DNA of 64,000 nucleotides. It comes from Hamiltosporidium tvaerminnensis FI-OER-3-3. Lineage: Eukaryota; Fungi; Microsporidia. A model generated the notes under the pieces. The model made no database searches. It had not been told where the DNA came from and saw nothing but the letters and a program-made list of their open reading frames with translations. Position 1 is the stretch's first letter. Every line of letters starts with the position of its first letter. A program made the translations under genes and the position numbers. Below, piece by piece: positions 61,222-64,000 of this stretch. The stretch is taken from positions 992,001 to 1,056,000 of the forward strand of contig CM061250.1 of NCBI GenBank assembly GCA_022605425.2, in the 5' to 3' direction.

Positions 61222-61686
61222 GGTAAAACTTTAAATTTGATTTATAAAAATGTAATTACTAGTAAGATTAAATCTTGAATTAATTTTAAGTTCGAAAAAA
61301 ATTAAAAAATAAAATGATTTATCATTTTTAAAGATGGAATTTGTATTCGAAATAACAACTTTTTAGTAAATTTTTATATCCTTTTTAAAAAAAAATTAAG
61401 AAAATAACAAGAAAGACTTTTTTTATAAATAAGTAGAACATTAAAATTTAATGAATAATTTTTTTTAGTTTCTACCTGTTTAAAATGGTAAAAAAATCTA
61501 TTAAAATTTATTAGATTGTTTGTATTTCAATATTGATTTTAAAAAACGTTTTTTTTGTAATCAAAAAAATTAAAAAATAAAGATAATTGAGGTTTTAATA
61601 GATAAAATTCAATGTAAAAATTAAAAACATTTTTATCGGTAAAAAAAGTATTTGCAATTTAAAATCAAAAAAAAATATAAACTGAC

Positions 61687-62169
61687 ATGAGAATAGCAAT
61701 ATTATTTATACTGAGTAATATTTTATGTAGTTTTTACAGTAAAAAAAAGAATTTAATAAAAAAGGGATTGGAAAATATGTGTTGTACGTGTAGAAAACCC
61801 AAGTCAGAGGATATTGATGATTTTAAATTAACTGCAGAGGATCTACATTTAAGTGAAGAACGAAAAATAGAAAAGAAAAACACAGTTGATGATTTGCATG
61901 AACTGGATACTGATTGTTACGTGATTTATAACAAGGGAGCAAGCACGTGTACAATTGAAAGTAAAAAAGACATAATTTACGAGGATTCTGAAGTCGATTA
62001 TTTAAAAGGCATGGATGCCCTGCCTATTTTTTCGAATAAACTTAGAAAAATTAATGATAAATCAAATCCACTCCAATCTGTATTAAAGAGGAATTCAAAG
62101 TATATAGCCGTGGATGATCATAAGGAATCCTCAGATACCGAAGAAGATGAAGTAAGAGAAAAATTTTAA
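61687..62169 (+). CDS. Hypothetical secreted protein, 160 aa
   Basis: Signal-peptide-like MRIAILFILSNILCS, CCTC motif and acidic body. AATAAA follows the stop. Confidence 0.75.
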   Translation: MRIAILFILSNILCSFYSKKKNLIKKGLENMCCTCRKPKSEDIDDFKLTAEDLHLSEERKIEKKNTVDDLHELDTDCYVIYNKGASTCTIESKKDIIYEDSEVDYLKGMDALPIFSNKLRKINDKSNPLQSVLKRNSKYIAVDDHKESSDTEEDEVREKF

Positions 62170-62449
62170 ACAATTATTATTTATAGAAAATAAATTTTGC
62201 ATTTTTTTTCTTTAAAATTAATTTATCTAATATTACAGCTTTAAATCCTAAATTTATATAATTTTTATATCTGTATTTTAAAAATTTATCAAATTTTTTT
62301 TACTTTTTATACTTCAATAAAAATTGAAAATTTTTCTGCTTTTCAATAAATCTCATTGAAATTAAAAATTTTTAAAGAGTAAAATATATCAAGAGCTAGG
62401 ATTAAATTTCATTACAATGGATTTAGCTTTATTCTTAATTAATAGCTTC

Positions 62450-63000
62450 TTTTGTATTTAAAAGAAAATTATAACAGTGATTTTAGGAAGCCGATGCAAT
62501 TTACCACAAACGAATTATTAAATTAAAAATTAAATATGAAGGAATAAGAAAGTTATGTGATCAAAGATTTGAAAAATACCTTTTAATATCCGCTTGTTAT
62601 AGAAGGAGATTATTATTGGAGAGAATGATAATAACTATTCTCTTTTAGAGCTTTTTTAAAAAAAACATAAAGACTAGATGTATCGATGTCAAAAAAACAT
62701 ACTGTTGATAAATTCAAGCGATTTTCGAAAAAATCATATTAAAGTAAACCTTTACACTTATATTCTTCCGTAAATATTTTAACCGGGCTCAGTCGTAGTT
62801 ATAGACCAGTCGCATAAGGCCTTCATTCTATTTTTTACTCGAGATCAAAAGTTACTTTAATGACTTTCCTAACTCGTTATACAGCCATTGTTTTTGCTCA
62901 AAGAATTTATATTGAATCACATATCGTTCACCTAAATGCCAATACTTTAAATGAATTCACGAAAAAAAAATATTAATATGATAAATTTTGAATAAATCGA
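62450..63000 (+). mobile_element. Possible Merlin transposase relic
   Basis: Ordered degenerate motifs: LD.S..KK ~62675, ILP..IL.PGSVV..D...KA ~62762-62822, H.....KNF....H.N ~62880-62940. Confidence 0.4.
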
Positions 63001-64000
63001 AGGCAAAAATATTTAAAAAAGCATCGTACCATAGAGATAATTTGCAAATATTTGTTTTTGTCGTGTATTGGTTGAAGAAGCAGAAGAAATTAAAAACATA
63101 GTAATGAAGCGAGGTGGAACGAAGCAGATGAACGTGTCATTGTTTTTGAATCGATGGCAGGATGTTTCTTGATTTAGATGGATCGGCAGAACAAAGATTG
63201 CGGATTCCAAAGTCTTTTTTAATCGAATATAAGCTATGATATTACAGGAAAATTTCTGCAACTAGTAATCTCTATTCTGATATGACAATGCTTCTTATGG
63301 AAGCTCAAGGTATTCTGGTGCGTCAAAATCGTAGAATGAAAAATAATTCAATAACGTGTAGTAACCAAAAAAGATATACTCAAACTCTGAAAAATTATAA
63401 AGCTTTGTTGCAATAAATTAAAAAAAATATTTTATATACTTAAGATACACAATATTACTGGTAAACATCTATAAATACGATATTGAATAGTTAGGAAACT
63501 GATTTTAATAAAATAATACTTTCTGAGAATAGTTGTACAAAACTAACTATTCCTCGATTGAGATGAAAACGATGACTGATTTATCTAGTTCAGATCCGAG
63601 ATAGAATTTTACAAATAAGGTGAGGAAAATTGCTTGTATTGCTGCTTTTTAATAGTCTTATGAGCCAGTTTGATTAAAAGATTAGAGAGATTTTACAAAT
63701 ACCTACAAATAATTTTTTTTAGGGTAAAATACACTATAATCGTTAAGATTTTTTGCTTTATCACATTTAGCAGTAAATTTTTATTGTTATTTCAAAATTT
63801 ATTCCACTTTAACCGCTTATTTTGGCTTCGAAACCTGACTTTTAATTTAAATTTTTCATTGGTTCCTTCACTTTAAATACACATTTTCCAATAAGAAGTA
63901 CCATATCCTTTGTTTTAAATGTTTAAAATTATTTACCTCATTGCATAGTCATAGTCGTGATAATAGGAATATTGATTTTCGAGTATCTTGGTGCTCTCTG

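Noticed and set aside
1-64000. rRNA, tRNA, CRISPR arrays or prokaryotic defence systems
   Set aside because: None were recognised. The content is eukaryotic and no regularly spaced repeat-spacer array is visible.

Overview
Very AT-rich, gene-sparse, transposon-littered eukaryotic DNA with intronless genes and a CCC-like motif just before most start codons. This points to a microsporidian with a large genome (Hamiltosporidium-like; inference, not a search result). The left half is an inverted segmental duplication (1-8596 vs 22035-31269) carrying a membrane/secreted orphan, histidyl-tRNA synthetase and RVB2. Its 13.4-kb spacer holds a FANCJ/RTEL1-type Fe-S helicase, a decayed hAT transposon and a decayed R4/Dong-like RLE retrotransposon. 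The right half holds a frameshift-split Slh1/ASCC3-like helicase, TAF8, an LRR-like protein, a coiled-coil protein, PFS2/WDR33, YIP1, SPC25, further RLE retroelements and several Merlin remnants. The most notable unexplained feature is an ORF-less ~720-bp element, present as 7 copies at 5 independent loci in 3 divergence classes. One copy is an end-truncated insertion with a 12-bp target-site duplication and a visible empty site in the other arm, so it behaves as a mobile non-coding retroposon. A second non-coding family is a ~230-bp bipartite RTE-derived SINE-like element. All alignments were made by eye, and boundaries of decayed elements are approximate.
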